Of a DNA stretch of 64,000 bases, positions 23,238 to 38,213 are shown piece after piece. The notes under the pieces were generated by a model. The model was not told where the DNA came from and ran no database searches. It saw only the letters and a program-made list of their open reading frames with translations. The stretch is from Eledone cirrhosa (taxonomy: Eukaryota). Within the stretch, counting starts at the first letter, position 1, and the number at the start of each line of letters is the position of its first letter. Made by a program: the position numbers and the translations under genes. Location: assembly GCA_964016885.1 (NCBI GenBank), contig OZ024741.1, positions 194,122,001-194,186,000 on the forward strand. The letters run 5' to 3'.

Positions 23238-24319
23238 TATATATAATATATTTGGCAATATACTGTATGTTTACTTAAAAACATTTAGAAGACCATTCGC
23301 TATGAGTTTTAAACTGTATAGTGGACGTGTAGCAGTAATTTGATACTCTCTTCAGAAGTGTTTCATTCAGTCTATCAACCAGCCACCAAAAACTTGACCT
23401 TGTGTGGCTTCATAGATAAGTTTCTATTGTAATCATTCTTTAGGTGTCACAGTGTCTACAATTTTGAGATTAAAATCGGCATCTGTCCATTTTCAACTTC
23501 TGCAGACATAATGAGCGATTCTGATAAATATCAGCTATCAGAGTCAACAGAGTTGCAAAGAAGATTTCAAGCAGTTAACATGTAGTCCACTATCTCACAC
23601 AGACATTATGGGTCTCTTTCTCTCACTCTCTCTCTCTTGGTCTCTCTCACTGCCACACAAATGACCACCATCTCATTACAAAAACGGTAAATGCCATATT
23701 TTAAATCATTGCACACACACACATATCACAACAACTTAAGCCTTATTTTCATTACATTGTCTATGATAGATTCGTAGCATGGCTATTGACTTAATAAATA
23801 TATTTTTAGTAGTGACCATGTTTTACTTGTTCCTTCTTCTGCATTTTTACAGGGGGACAATTTTTACCTGATGCAAAATCACCCAGCAAGTCAACAACTT
23901 CACTACTACATCCTCTGCCTTGCTCAAATGAGCAACAAACACAAGCCAATTCCTACATCTACACAATGCACAATCCCATTTCACCACATTGAAATGTATT
24001 ACACAACTCACCATCCACTACCACTTCCACTACATTTTATTTTGCTACAAAGGAGTTATTATAAAACTGGCCTCTTTCGTCAGGCACAAGGACAAATTTA
24101 AAGAAAAAGATGTTACTTTACAAAAAATGGCCATAGTTTGTGAAGAATTTAATATAAACTAAATAAACTCTCTTGTACTAGATTGAAAATTGTTTTCTTT
24201 GATCTTTTATCAACGAATATCTTGCATATACATACACATATACATATTATTTAACTTAAGAATACAACTTTGTAATAAGGTCTCCTCCACACCTGCTATC
24301 ATGTACGCATCCTTGTGGG

Positions 24320-25465
24320 GTGGAGAGAATACTTTGCTGATTTAAACCTGATCACAACAGCATCTTCTGATCTACATGAAGTGTATCTGGGAGCGGTGAC
24401 TAATCTCTTGCAGGCTAAGATCGCATAAGCTGTTAAAGAGTTCAAATATGGCAAGGCCGCTGGAGAAGACGAAATCTGGTTCAAGATGTTAAAAGTGTTA
24501 AATAGAGAAGGTATTCTTTTGCTGATTCATGTGTGCCTGGTGGCCTGGATCTCTGGAAAGGTACCTGAGCAATGGCAAATGGGAGTGATAATCCCAATTT
24601 TCAAAAAGGGAGACGAGAGATTGTTCCAATTACAGAGGGATCTCTTTGTTAAACCTCCCTAGTAAAGTCTATGCTAAGTGTCTGGCAAAGAGATGTAGAA
24701 AGATTGTCGAGTCCAAGCTAGCTGATGAACATGCAATTTTTGCCCCAGATACCAAATATTCTGACCAAATATTCACACTGCAGTAGGTCGTTGAGAAATC
24801 GTGGGAGTATATTGCCAAGAGGTATATTCTTGTTTTGTAGACCTCAAAAAGGCATAGGACCATATTCCTCAGTACCTGCCGTGGAAGGTTATGCAGGAAT
24901 ATGGGATCAATGGTCAGCGTCTTGTTGCCTTGATGTCTCTATACGAATGCCTGAGTATTTGTGTTTGGATAAATGGTGCTAAATCAAAACCATTCAATGT
25001 AGGAGTCAGACTCTGCTAAAGATGCATACTGTCACCTCTCCTGTTCATTATTTCCATGAACATGATTGACATGTGCAACCAGGGGTTGGAAGTGGTATGA
25101 TGGTTGGCAGGGGAAAAAAAATCAGTCAACTGGAATGTGACAGAAGGTGATCTCCGACTTGCACTTAATAGGTTTAATGCTGCATGGCTAGAATGAAAAT
25201 CTGTGCTATGTAAACTGAGACACTCGCCCTTTCAAGGAAGCCTTCACAGTGTACTCTACATGTGAATGGAGTTCCACTGAAGCAGGTGGAGAAGTTCAAA
25301 TATCTCAGTGCCATGTTCACAATTGATGGAAGGCAGGAGGCTGAATTAAGGGCAAGAATTACAAGAGCTGATGCAGTAATGTGTCAGCTTCAGTATTGGG
25401 TAATTAGAAGAAGGGAAGTAGGTGTAAAAGTCAAACTTGCTATCTTCAATTCAGTATTTGTGCCA
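24320..25465 (+). mobile_element. Degraded RTE-like LINE RT fragment
   Basis: GKAAGEDEI, GKVPEQWQMGVIIPIFKKG, SNYRGISLL, LSPLLFII, VEKFKYL motifs with many stops; related scraps at 41950-42110, 48870-49090 and 51700-51950. Confidence 0.8.
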
Positions 25466-26262
25466 TGAAGCAAATTTTGAAAATAACTGGGAAAGTTTTA
25501 TTAAAACAAGGTTAGCTTGGAAAAGATGGAGCAGGGTGAGGGATGGTAAATATCATCTTTCTAATCAAACAGGTTTGCAGTTGTTGATCTGGAGAAGGTC
25601 TTTAGTAAAGTTCCTCTCTTTGTAGTTTAGTAGGTGCTGAAAAAAATTGAATGTGGATGATTTATTTAGAGTTGTACAATACATGGCTGAAGATTAGGGT
25701 TGACACTTAACTGATTGGAGAATTAATATACATGTAGATCTGATCCAAAATTGCTCACGCTAATAGAGGATATAAAAAATGTTGCAATGAGTGAAGGGAT
25801 GCTGTGCTGGAAAAGACCCATTCAACTTGTGCAAACATGGATAAGCAGACATGTAATGATGATGATGAGTCCATCAAGACTCAGTTTTCAGTCTCCTATT
25901 CATTATAGTTTCTAAAGTTATAACAAGTATTTACAACTGAACTTGACACTGCTTTTTAGCCTAAAGCATAATCAAATAACTACCAATTAAGAACTGAAGT
26001 TGACTATATCCTTCTTCACAAATGTGTGCTCTGGTGCTACTACTAGAAGTTTTATATATTGATGAGCTAGTTCTCATAGTAGAATCTCTTGAAAATTTGC
26101 AGAAAATGTTCTTAAACTAGAATTGTGGTTCAAAATTCAAATATTATCATCATCATCACCATAACTGAAAGCCTAAACTTAGCTGTTAAATTATTATTTT
26201 TTCTATTAAGATTCGATTTTGTTTTCCAATTAATTCTTATTTTCTGCTCCGTTTACCAACAA

Positions 26263-29200
26263 TGCTGTCTGGTCACTCCTGGGTGCTACTGGTAAAATGT
26301 AACCCAGTACAACTTGTTCCATGGTCAGGTTGTCGGTGACTCAGGCTTGCTTGGTGAGGAGGGTGATTATTGGACACCCTACAGAAACGAAAAACAAAAG
26401 CTGTCAAAGGGCAGAGGAACTCGTGTGAGTCAACGGCCATCCATTAACATGTACATATGTGGTTTGCAGTCAGGTTAGGTTGTTCTGGTTTCCCTGGGTT
26501 ATCCTGCTACTGGCTACCATGTAACCCTGCCACATTGGGCCAGATGGAGGTCATTAGCCTTGGCAGATAGTCCATCTAGAAGGAAAAATCTGAATCCAAA
26601 CCTTCGCTGCCTTGCGGTGATATTCAATCAAGAGAAGGCTTCAAGAGTAAACCTTGTGGAAAAATCTGGAGTCAGAGCCCCTAAAGCAGTTCGTTGCTGA
26701 TTATAACTTCGTTTTGGCAGCTCCTGTGACAGCGCTGCTGCCAAACTGCAGCAGCCTTGCTACTCCTTTGGATCTAGCAGTATTGTGGAGAGAGGGGGAC
26801 ATGCTGCATGGGCAACATCCTGTCCTCCAAATCCCACCGCCCAGGCTTGTATACAGCCACTCCATTCTATACAACACTCATCAATACAACTTGCACCATA
26901 CACTTGGAGAGGACACTCCAGCTTTGCCTACAGCGTGGACACAACACAGGGATTAACAATTACCGGTGATAAACCTTCAATCATTTGGCATAAAGGCAAG
27001 GTGCTGCCCCATCACAGTCTGTTTCCTCATTGGGTGCATGATGATTTGGATTCATCCGAACAGCAGACTGCAACCTTTGCACCAGGTAAAACAACCAAGC
27101 AACAAAAGAGACCAGCTCTAAAACTAGGAACTTGGAATGTCTGGACAATGATGACTGGCCTTTCCAACAACCTATTGAACATCAGTGACTGCATAAAAAC
27201 AGCTGTGATTAACCCCCGAGCTGAAGAGACTGAACGTGGACATTGCCACCCTTCAGGAAATGCGGCTGGCGGACTCGGGTACACAGAAGGAAAAAGACTA
27301 CACATTCTACTGGCAGGGGAGGGGCTCAGATGAGCTCAGAGAGCATGGAGTAGCCTGCTGAATATGGTAGAATCAGGGAATAACGGCTCAGAGAGAAACT
27401 TCTGACACTCCGCCTCAACACCACCGCAGGTCCTGTCACCCTTGTCAGTGTGTATGCCCCAATGCTGTCCTCCACATCAGGACAGGTTCTATGAGAACCT
27501 TGCATCCACTATCAGCATCACCCCCAACAGGAAACAACTCATTCTCCTTGGGAATTTCAATGCCAGAGTGGGTGCAGATCATGACTCATAGCCCTCCTGT
27601 CTTGGACAGTTTGGTGTGGGAAAAATGAATGACAATGGACAGCACCTTCTCGAGCTGTGCACTTATCACAACCTGTACATAACCAACTCCTACTACCCCA
27701 CCAAGCTGCAACACAAAGTTTCCTGGAGACATCCACACTCAAAGCACTGGCACCAGTTAGACCTCATTCTGGTCAGATGTACCACCATCAAGAATGTTCT
27801 TCATACATGCTCCTACCACCATGCAGACTGTGACACAGACCACTCCTTGGTGTGTTGCAAGATCAGGCTGCAACCGAGGAGATTCCATTGAGTCAAGAAA
27901 CAAGGGAATCCTTGCCTTGATGTCAGCAAGATGTACCAACCAGAACTTGTAAGACAATTTACGGAGGCTCTTAAGAAAGAACTTCACACCTATCAACCTG
28001 GGGACACTGCCACAGAGAAGTAGGAAATGCTGCGAAACATCATGCACAGCATGGCCTTGGCTACCTTTGGAAAGAGGGTCTCAAAGTCACATGACTGGTT
28101 TGAGTCCATCAGGATAAACCCTGTCATTGAAGCCAAGCGTGCTGTCCTAGCTGAATACAAACGATCGCCCAGCAAAAGGAACCTGCAGACTCTCAGGGCT
28201 GTCAGAAGCAAGGTTCATCAGACTGCAAGGCACTGTGCTAATGAGTACTGGATATAGCTCAGTGAGGACATCTAGATAGCTGCCATTACAGGGAACATCA
28301 GAGGCATGTACGATGGCAAGAAGACACTGGGACCTGTCCAGAGCAAAACAACTCCACTGAAATCCAACACCGGGGAAGTAATCACTGACAGGGGCCAGCA
28401 GATGGAGATATGAGTGGGGCGCTACTCTGACCTCCAGACATAATACAGTGTCCCACTTGGCTCTCAATGCTGTTGAGTGCCTGCCTGTCATGGAAGAGCT
28501 TGATTCTAAGCCGACTTTAGGATAGCTCAACAAGGCCATTAACAGCTTGGCCTTAGGCAAGGCCCCAGGCAACGATGGGGTTCCTCCAGACCTGATCAAG
28601 CAATGCAGGACTACCCTACTGTGGCCACTGCATGAGGTCCTCTGCCAGTGCTGGCAAGAAGGTGCTGTTCCACAGGACATGAGAGACACCAAGATCATCA
28701 CCCTCTACAAGAACAAATTCGCAACTGCAGCAACTACAGGGGTATCTCCCTTCTCAGTGTCATCGGCGAGGTATTCGCACAGGTCATCTTGATCCGCCTG
28801 CAGAAGCTGGCAGAGCATATGTACCAAGAATCACAGTGAGGATTTCGAGCCAAGTGATCAACAGTAAACATGGTCTTCTACCTCCAAGAGAAGTGCAGGG
28901 AGCAGAACATGTTGCTTTTATCAACCTCACCAGGCGTTCGATCTGGTTAGCAGACACAGCTTCTTGAAGATCCTCCCAAAGATTGGCTGCTCACTGGACT
29001 GCAGAGAATGGTCGAATCTTTCCACACCAACATGAAGGGAACAGTGCAGTTTAAAGGGATCACCTCAGAGCCATTCTGCATTTGCAGTGGCATAAAACAA
29101 GGCTGCATCCTTGAGCCCACACTCTTTGGGATCTTTTTTGCTCTGCTCTTGAAGCACGCATTCGACACTGTAACAGAGGGGATCTTCCTACATAACAGAT

Positions 29201-30268
29201 CAGATGGCAAGCTGTTCAACCTTGCTTGCCTCAGAGCGAGGACAAAGGTATATAAAACACTCATTAGAGATATTCTGTTTGCTGATGATGCAGCAGTTGC
29301 AACACAATCCCAGCAGGAACTCCAGATGCTGATGAACTGCTTCTACCAGGCCTGCAGGGATTTTGGACTGACCATCAGCCTTAGGAAGACAAATGTCTTG
29401 GGACAGGACACAGAGGCATCATCGAGCATCAAAATTGATGACTACGAGCTCGTTCACCTACCTCCACCATCACCGACGACCTCTTCCTGGACACAGAGTT
29501 CGGCAGGAGGATTGGGAAGGCAGCCACAACATTTTCTCACCTCACAACCCGAGTGTGGACAAACCCAAAGCTGGTGGTAAAGACCAAGATGACTGTGTAC
29601 AATGCCTGTGTCATCGGCACACTGCCGCGAGACATAGTCCCCATATGCCAGACAGGAGAGGCAACTCAACACTTTCCATCTGAGAAACCTGCACCGTATC
29701 CTGGGTATATCCTGGTAGGACAGTGTGCCCAATGCTGAGGTCCTAATTCGTACTGGCCTTCCCAGCATGTTTAACCTGCTCTGACAGCGCAGACTACGCT
29801 GGCTAGGACACGTCCACCACATGAATGATGGCCACATCCCAAAAGACATCTTATATGGGGAGCTGGCCTCTGGAAAGAGAACCACTGGTTGACCTCGGCT
29901 GTGATACAAGGACATTATGAAGAGAGATATGAAAGCCATTGAGATCAACACAGAGTCCTGGGAGGGCTTCGCAGCTGACTGGCCAAGATGGAAAAATACC
30001 CTGAATCAACACTTCAAATCAGGGGGGGGGTTGATGACTGCAGCAGCGGACAGGAGAGCCCAGCGAAACGAGCATAATAAATCCAACAGACCAGAGACCA
30101 TATACAGATGTGTTCTATGTGACAGAAACCAAATACAGATGTGTTCTATGTGACAGAGACTGTCACTCACGTATAGGTCTGTTTAGCCACCGGAGATGCT
30201 GCTCCAGTCGAGCTGACAAGAGGATACTACCCATGGTCAGCCTTGACCAAAGGAGGCCTTAAACTTAA
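26263..30268 (+). mobile_element. Near full-length RTE (BovB-like) LINE, decayed
   Basis: 10-bp TSD TTACCAACAA (26253-26262 and 30269-30278); APE endonuclease (LGTWNV, SWRHPHSKHWHQLD, DCDTDH), RT (GIKQGC, LFADD), RLRWLGHV and C-terminal Cys/His motif; many stops. Confidence 0.9.
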
Positions 30269-31749
30269 TTACCAACAACAACAGCATGGCCATATAAACA
30301 ACAATAGCATTGTTGTTTCTTTTTTATTTTATAAACACTCTCGATATTTATCTAATTACCATATTACTCAATTTTAATATTTACTCACTTCATTATAATT
30401 TCCGTATTTACTTCATTAAATATTCAACACCCATACATAGTACACCACTGCAATTTATTGCAAGAACTCAACCACATAGAAATAACAGCAAAATTTCCCT
30501 CATTTCACATCCTATTATTTTTAAGATTGTAAGGACACACTGGATAATGTATTCTTAGATAGACTATCTGAGAAAAAAAAAGGCTAGAATGCATTTGATC
30601 ATAGGTCTGCTTGATTAGGGCTGAAATAAAAAAAAAAGCAACAGGCTTTACAGAGTATATAAACAAGAAAACAATTTTTCATTATAGTGGAAATAACTTT
30701 TCTGACATAGTCACTACTTAACACTAATGATGATGTATTTAATGTAGAAACAGTGTTTCATTATAAATAATCACTCCAGGATTTGAAGGTGGTAGAAATC
30801 GGCAAAATATTTTTTTAAAACTTTATTTTACCATGAACTTTTGTTCACATATTCCTCAGCTTTAATTAATTGAAACACATTACAAATATGGTCGTCATCT
30901 ACAACAATTAGTTAGTAGGAGATCTTGATAATTTCATTTGCTGCAAAGAGTCTAAAATCTAATGTTTATGGTTATACTTTTCATATTGGAGTGAGGAATG
31001 GGTAAAAGGAAATAGACGGTAGATTAGAATTTTCAAATCTCTTTATGTTACAAGCTTCTTGTTTATTTTAGATTTTCTCATTTTGCCTTAATGTCAAATA
31101 GAGCTGATCACCAATGGATAGATATCTCTGAATCATAAAATGTTAGGTAATATTGATTCACATTAGCGAGTGACAAAAATATTTGTTGTTTTTTTTCTAT
31201 AAGTTAGTCAGGAAAAAGAAAAGTAAAAAGCCATATTGGGGTGGGGGTCTCCCAAACATGTGAGATTAGGGTAGTTCAATTTCAGTTGAGACACCTGTAG
31301 ATCAATGTCTGTAGAATAAACGAAACAGTGCTCTTGTAACTCAGTTGGGGTTGTAAAATGCTTGTAAGTCTAGGATGTTTGTACGTAATAGTAGTAGTAA
31401 CAGCAGCACTCTGTTATATAATGACTGTTATATCCTGACATTTGTACATTATTCTATGTACTATACATGCATCTTTGATGAGTTGTAGTGCACCTGAGCA
31501 CTGTACACAATAATTTCATTATTATATATATATGAGCTATACTGTAATGTGGGGATTAGTTGAGCTTTATAGAGGGTTAGCAAGTAATAAGGGCTGAAGT
31601 AGTTTCTTGTTTAAACCTTTTGATACCAACCCACTCCAATCTGCCACAATTCTATCATGACAAACCCCTTATTCTAAAGTATTCATATCTAAATAAAAAC
31701 TAATGTCATGGAAACACATTTGTAAGTTATGTACTAAATATCAGTTTAA

Positions 31750-31940
31750 TAATTGTTTCTACTTTTGGCACAAGGCCAGCGATTACCCCAGTACATTACT
31801 GGTACTTTATTTTATCGACCCCGTAAGGATGAAAGGCAAAGTTAACCTCGGCGGGATTTGAACTCAGACCATAAAAGGCCGTAACTCTTTGCTGCAAAGC
31901 ATGGCGTCTGACCCTCTACTGATACTGCCAATCCACCAAT
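31750..31940 (-). mobile_element. SINE family 1 copy
   Basis: Reverse complement of the 43783-43968 copy. Confidence 0.8.
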
Positions 31941-33005
31941 AATATGGTTTATTACTACTTTGCTGAAATCCTTTAAATTGTTGATTATTTACAAAATTAA
32001 TTGAAAAACACAGGTGATGTATTTCATTAGAAATCATCATCAGTATCATCACCATTTCCCTGCTTGCAAGGATAACATGGGTTAACACATTCTGAGGCTA
32101 GATCGATTTCAATTTTGGCTTGGATTTTACAGCTGAACCCACTTTCTAATGCCAAACCTATTACAGCATGTACTGCATTTTATCATGGCACCAGCACTAC
32201 CAACTTACAGGGTGAAAAAATATGGAAACCAAAAAGAGTTAAACAGGAAGCTGAGTACAGTAGAAGCCACTTATTGTGATCACTTTGGAATGAAACCTTT
32301 TTGATAACAATAACCACCTGATAACATAAAGCAAATAAAGTGTTTAGTATCCACTAATTTTGATAATGATAACCAATTGATTACATTAACTGTGATTATA
32401 ATAAGCAGCTTCCAATGTATTTGTGTATTAGTTTGGGCTACATTATTCACAGTAAATTTAAGCCATTGGTTTGACAAGGAAGATTAACTCTTTATGAATA
32501 TATAGTTATTACTGCTAGCTATTTCATTGACCCTGAGTGACTAAATACTGCTAACAAGTTAATCTGGCACTCTCCTTAGTCTCAGCCAGTTTTACTACAG
32601 TACTCACCACAGTAATTACTATAAACATTATCTATCTTCATAAATAACTGATGAGGAGTGCTGCTGCTGTTGTTGTTTTTTAACTCCTGATCAGACTAGC
32701 TTATAATCAAATGTATTCCAGCCATGACAAATCCCACCTATTCAAATATAGTCCATCTAAAGTAACATTATCTGGTATATACTTCCTTTTTTTTAAGGTG
32801 GCAGGTATAATTTGAGGGAAATTTGGCTATTATTTCTAGCTGGCCTATGTCATCATCGTCATCATCATCATCATCATTTAATGTCTGCTTTTCTTGTCTT
32901 GTTAGTAAGAGTTGGATGGGTCATCACAGACTAAGTCAGTACTTAATCAGAGCTACTGAGCTCTCTGATGGGCTGAGTGCATATATATGTGTGTGTGTGT
33001 GTGTA

Positions 33006-33051
<46 letters not shown>

Positions 33052-34073
33052 TTGTTGTTTTTACGTTCGCTTTTCCACAGGGTATTTTATCAAAGACATT
33101 CCAGTCATAACCATTCTGTCTTCGATTGAAACATAATGTATCTAGGTTACATTATTCAATATGTTCTTCCTTTATCAAGACAAGATAATAAAGTGTTATT
33201 TGAGGGAGATTTGGCTGCTATTATAAGCAGATCAAGCATATAGCAGCTCCACCTTATTAGTATAGAAGAGATTAAAAAGTACTAATTAATGGGTTTCACA
33301 ATGAAAGAGAAAAATAAATCCCTTGTATTGTTGTTGTTCATACTTATGTTGAGATTCCAGCCATGACTATCCCATCTTTTTAGCCCAGACTATATTATCT
33401 GATGTCTTTTTTTTAAAAAACTGGTTGAGTGATACAGGATCATGCTGACTGGTGATTTTCCCCTCCTCCCTTTATATCTAAATCCCTCACTGATTAAATC
33501 TTCCATCCTCCATTAACCTCATTAATTCTCATTTCCTTGTCCAAACCACGGCATAGAAAACCCCTGACACTCCCTACAATGAACTGCTAGACATCAATCA
33601 CCATTTTCTAACCCCTACCTACAATCCACTGCTGATTTAACCACCAAACATCCTTGATTCCCTTTTCGTTGTGAAACCCATACTGTCAACAGTTGCACTC
33701 TTTAATGTGTGTCTAGACATCTTTTACTCTCTTCAAGGCCACCACCATGACCCAATGCTTGCTCTTCCTCTTCATATCCCTTTGTGGGATGACTCCCTCT
33801 CCTGCTCTCATCTTACACTCCCAGCCCATCATTGTCTTTCCAAGGCTGGCTGAAGACACAATGACACAGTGAGTTCTCTAGTTTTGGAAAGTGGCAGAAC
33901 CAGTGCCATGATAAAATGTACCCAGTCCAATCATTAATGTGGAAGTACTGGCTATGACAAAAAGCACCCAGCAATTCTATAAAATGATAGTGCTAGTGCC
34001 ATGATTGAGTGCACCTAACTCACTCAGTACAGTGGGAGTAATGGTGCCATGATAAAATGCACCTGTCCCATTT

Positions 34074-34230
34074 TGTAAAGTGCTAGGTAGTGCTGCTATC
34101 ATGATAAAGCTGTAAAGTGCTAGGTAGTGCTGCTATCATGATAAAGCTGTAAAGTGCTAGGTAGTGCTGCTATCATGATAAAGCTGTAAAGTGCTAGGTA
34201 GTGCTGCTATCATGATAAAGCTGTAAAGTG
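34074..34230. repeat. 37-bp minisatellite x4 (TGTAAAGTGCTAGGTAGTGCTGCTATCATGATAAAGC)
   Basis: Four identical copies starting at 34074, 34111, 34148 and 34185, inside an RTE 3'-UTR-like relic. Confidence 0.95.
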
Positions 34231-34387
34231 GTTGTAGTTAGGAAGGGTATCTAGCCATAGAAACGATAACAAATACATAACATATGAGTAAGACATGGTC
34301 ACCTGACCTGCCATAGTTTCAGAACATGGCAACTATACTAACCTATGCCAGTGTGGAAGAATAGATAAAAAACAGTAGTGGTGGGTA

Positions 34388-34550
34388 GTGATGGTGATGA
34401 TTAAGATGATGATGATGATGATGATAACGATGATGATGATGATGATGATAATGATGATCGTGGTGGTGATGGTGGTGGTGATGGTGGTGGTGATGGTGGT
34501 GATGATGATAATGAGGTTGAGGAGGAGTAGGAGGAGTAGAAGGAGGAGGA
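34388..34550. repeat. Compound trinucleotide microsatellite (GAT/GGT/GGA)n
   Basis: Read directly. Confidence 0.9.
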
Positions 34551-34824
34551 GATATTTGTGTGTATATGTATTGGTTCATACATGTCCATGAGATTTAGGA
34601 GCTATTTCTAACATGTTAAGCAACCACGTGGAAGTACCATTAGGTTATTCTTGATGAGAGAAATAAAACATCTTCAGTGCCTTATGTTCTAATTTTCAAA
34701 ATAAGTCGTCAACCTTCCAGTTGTCTTCCTTATCTTCTTATTCAAGCAATTCACAGCCATTAAGCTGGCTTATACTGAAACTATAGCTAATTGTAACACT
34801 CATTATTTAATTAGTGTTCGTGTG

Positions 34825-35218
34825 TGTTAGTGTGTGTCATATATATATGTTTGTAAGCATTTGTGTGTGTGTATTTGTATGTATATATCTAAGTTTGTAT
34901 GCATGCATTTGTGTGTATGTTTGTGTGCATTTATTTGTGTGTGTGTGTGTAGGTGCATGTCTATGTTAGTATACATTTGTGTGATGTGTGTATGTTTGTA
35001 TGCCTTTATTTGTGTGTGTGCATGTATATGTGCGTGTTTGTATTTGGATGTGTGTATGTATTTATTTGTGTGTGTATGTGTGTGTTTGTATGTATAAATT
35101 TGAGTGTGTGTGTTTGTAGGTGTATGTTTGTATGCATTTATTTGTGTGCGTATATTTGTATGTGTATGTCTGTTTGTATGCATGGATTTGTGTGTGTATT
35201 TGTATGTGAGTGCGTGTA
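34825..35218. repeat. Degenerate (TG/TA)n low-complexity tract
   Basis: Read directly. Confidence 0.85.
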
Positions 35219-35532
35219 TCTTTACAGATACACAAATACAGACATGACCTCATCAGCAGCCACAAATCTGTGGTGTAAAGATAATATCTACCATGACCTT
35301 GGTAAGGGATTTAAACCCTATCTAATGTAATGGTGTGAGTATTTGTTGAAGTCCATTAATATAGTTTCACAGCCAGCAAAGCATCAGCTGCATCAGGCTC
35401 TTTATATACACAAGGCTTATTCAAATGCATAAGCAAGATCCAACATTGAATGATTAGCCATGTATTAAATGACCAAAATGTTAAGTTGCAAAGCTCAGGT
35501 AATATGTGAAATATGAACTACTTCAAAAACAC

Positions 35533-38213
35533 CAATGTTATATCCAACACATCACAACAATCATGTTATATCCAACACATCACAACAGCCATGTTATATC
35601 CAACACATCACAACAGTCATCTTATATCCAACACACCACAACAATAACAGTCATCTTATATCCAACACACCACAACAACAACAGCCATGTTATATCCAAC
35701 ACACCACAACAATAACAGCCATGTTATATCCAACACATCACAACAATAACAGCCATGTTATATCCAACACGCCACAACAACAGCCATGTTATATCCAACA
35801 CACCACAACAACAACAGCCATGTTATATCCAACATACCACAACAACAGCCATGTTATATCCAACACACCACCACAACAACAGCCATGTTATATCCAACAC
35901 ACAACAACAACAACAGCCATGTTATATCCAACACACCACCACAACAACAACAGCCATGTTATATCCAAAACATAACAACAGCCATGTTATATCCAACACA
36001 ATAACAACCATGTTATATCCAACACACCACAACAACAACAGCCATGTTATATCCAACACACCACAACAAGTCATGGTATATCCAACACACCACAACAACA
36101 GCCATGTTATATCCAACACACAACAACAGCCATGTTATATCCAACACACCACAACAACAGCCATGTTATATCCAACACACCACAACAACAACAGCCATGT
36201 TATATCCAACACACAACAACAGCCATGTTATATCCAACACGCCACAACAACAACAGCCATGTTATATCCAACACACCACAACAATAACAGCCATGTTATA
36301 TCCAACACACAACAACAGCCATGTTATATCCAACACACCACAACAACAGCCATGTTATATCCAACACGCCACAACAACAGCCATGTTATATCCAACACAC
36401 CACAACAACAGCCATGTTATATCCAACACATAACAACAACAGCCATGTTATATCCAACACGCCACAACAACAGCCATGTTATATCCAACACACCACAACA
36501 ACAGCCATGTTATATCCAACACATAACAACAACAGCCATGTTATATCCAACACGCCACAACAACAGCCATGTTATATCCAACACGCCACAACAACAGCCA
36601 TGTTATATCCAACACACCACAACAACAGCCATGTTATATCCAACACGCCACAACAACAGCCATGTTATATCCAACACACAACAACAGCCATGTGATATCC
36701 AACACACCACAACAACAACAACAGCCATGTTATATCCAACACACAACAACAACAACAACAGCCATGTTATATCCAACACACCACAACAACCATGTTATAT
36801 CCAACATGCCACAACAACAGCCATGTTATATCCAACACACCACAACAACCATGTTATATCCAACATGCCACAACAACAGCCATGTTATATCCAACACACC
36901 ACAACAACAGCCATGTTATATCCAACACATAACAACAACAGCCATGTTATATCCAACACGCCACAACAACAGCCATGTTATATCCAACACGCCACAACAA
37001 CAGCCATGTTATATCCAACACACCACAACAACAGCCATGTTATATCCAACACGCCACAACAACAGCCATGTTATATCCAACACACAACAACAGCCATGTG
37101 ATATCCAACACACCACAACAACAACAACAGCCATGTTATATCCAACACACAACAACAACAACAACAGCCATGTTATATCCAACACACCACAACAACCATG
37201 TTATATCCAACATGCCACAACAACAGCCATGTTATATCCAACACACCACAACAATAACAGCCATGTTATATCCAACACACAACAACAACCATGTTATATC
37301 CAACACAACAACAATAGCCATGTTATATCCAACACACCACAACAACAACAGCCATGTTATATCCAACACACCACAACAACCATGTTATATCCAACACACC
37401 ACAACAACAACAGCCATATTATATCCAACATATCACAACAACAACCATGTTATATCCAACACACCACAACAACAACAGCCATGTTATATCCAACACACCA
37501 CAACAACAACAGCCATGTTATATCCAACACACCACCACAACAACAGCCATGTTATATCCAACATATCACAACAACAACCATGTTATATCCAACACACCAC
37601 AACAACCATGTTATATCCAACACACCACAACAACAGCCATATTATATCCAACATATCACAACAACAACCATGTTATATCCAACACACCACAACAACAACA
37701 GCCATGTTATATCCAACACACCACAACAACAACAGCCATGTTATATCTAACACACCACCACAACAACAGCCATGTTATATCCAACACACCACAACAATAA
37801 CAGCCATGTTATATCCAACACACAACAACAACAGCCATGTTATATCCAACACAACAACAATAGCCATGTTATATCCAACACACCACAACAACAACAGCCA
37901 TGTTATATCCAACACACCACAACAACCATGTTATATCCAACACACCACAACAACAGCCATATCATATCCAACATATCACAACAACAACCATGTTATATCC
38001 AACACACCACAACAACAACAGCCATGTTATATCCAACACACCACAACAACAACAGCCATGTTATATCCAACACACCACCACAACAACAGCCATGTTATAT
38101 CCAACATATCACAACAACAGCCATGTTATATCCAACATATCACAACAACAGCCATATTATATCCAACACACCACAACAACCATGTTATATCCAACACACC
38201 ACAACAACAACAA
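35533..38213. repeat. Minisatellite array, about 30-39 bp unit CAGCCATGTTATATCCAACACACCA(CAA)n
   Basis: Near-invariant core CCATGTTATATCCAACA with a variable CAA tract; source of the MLYPTHHNNSHVISNT ORFs. Confidence 0.97.

Noticed and set aside
32645-32680. CTGATGA hammerhead-core match (also 1389, 24722, 44824)
   Set aside because: No stem II plus GAAA and no stem I pairing.
34343-35330. Poly-His, poly-Met, poly-Ser and CV-repeat ORFs
   Set aside because: Microsatellite artefacts.
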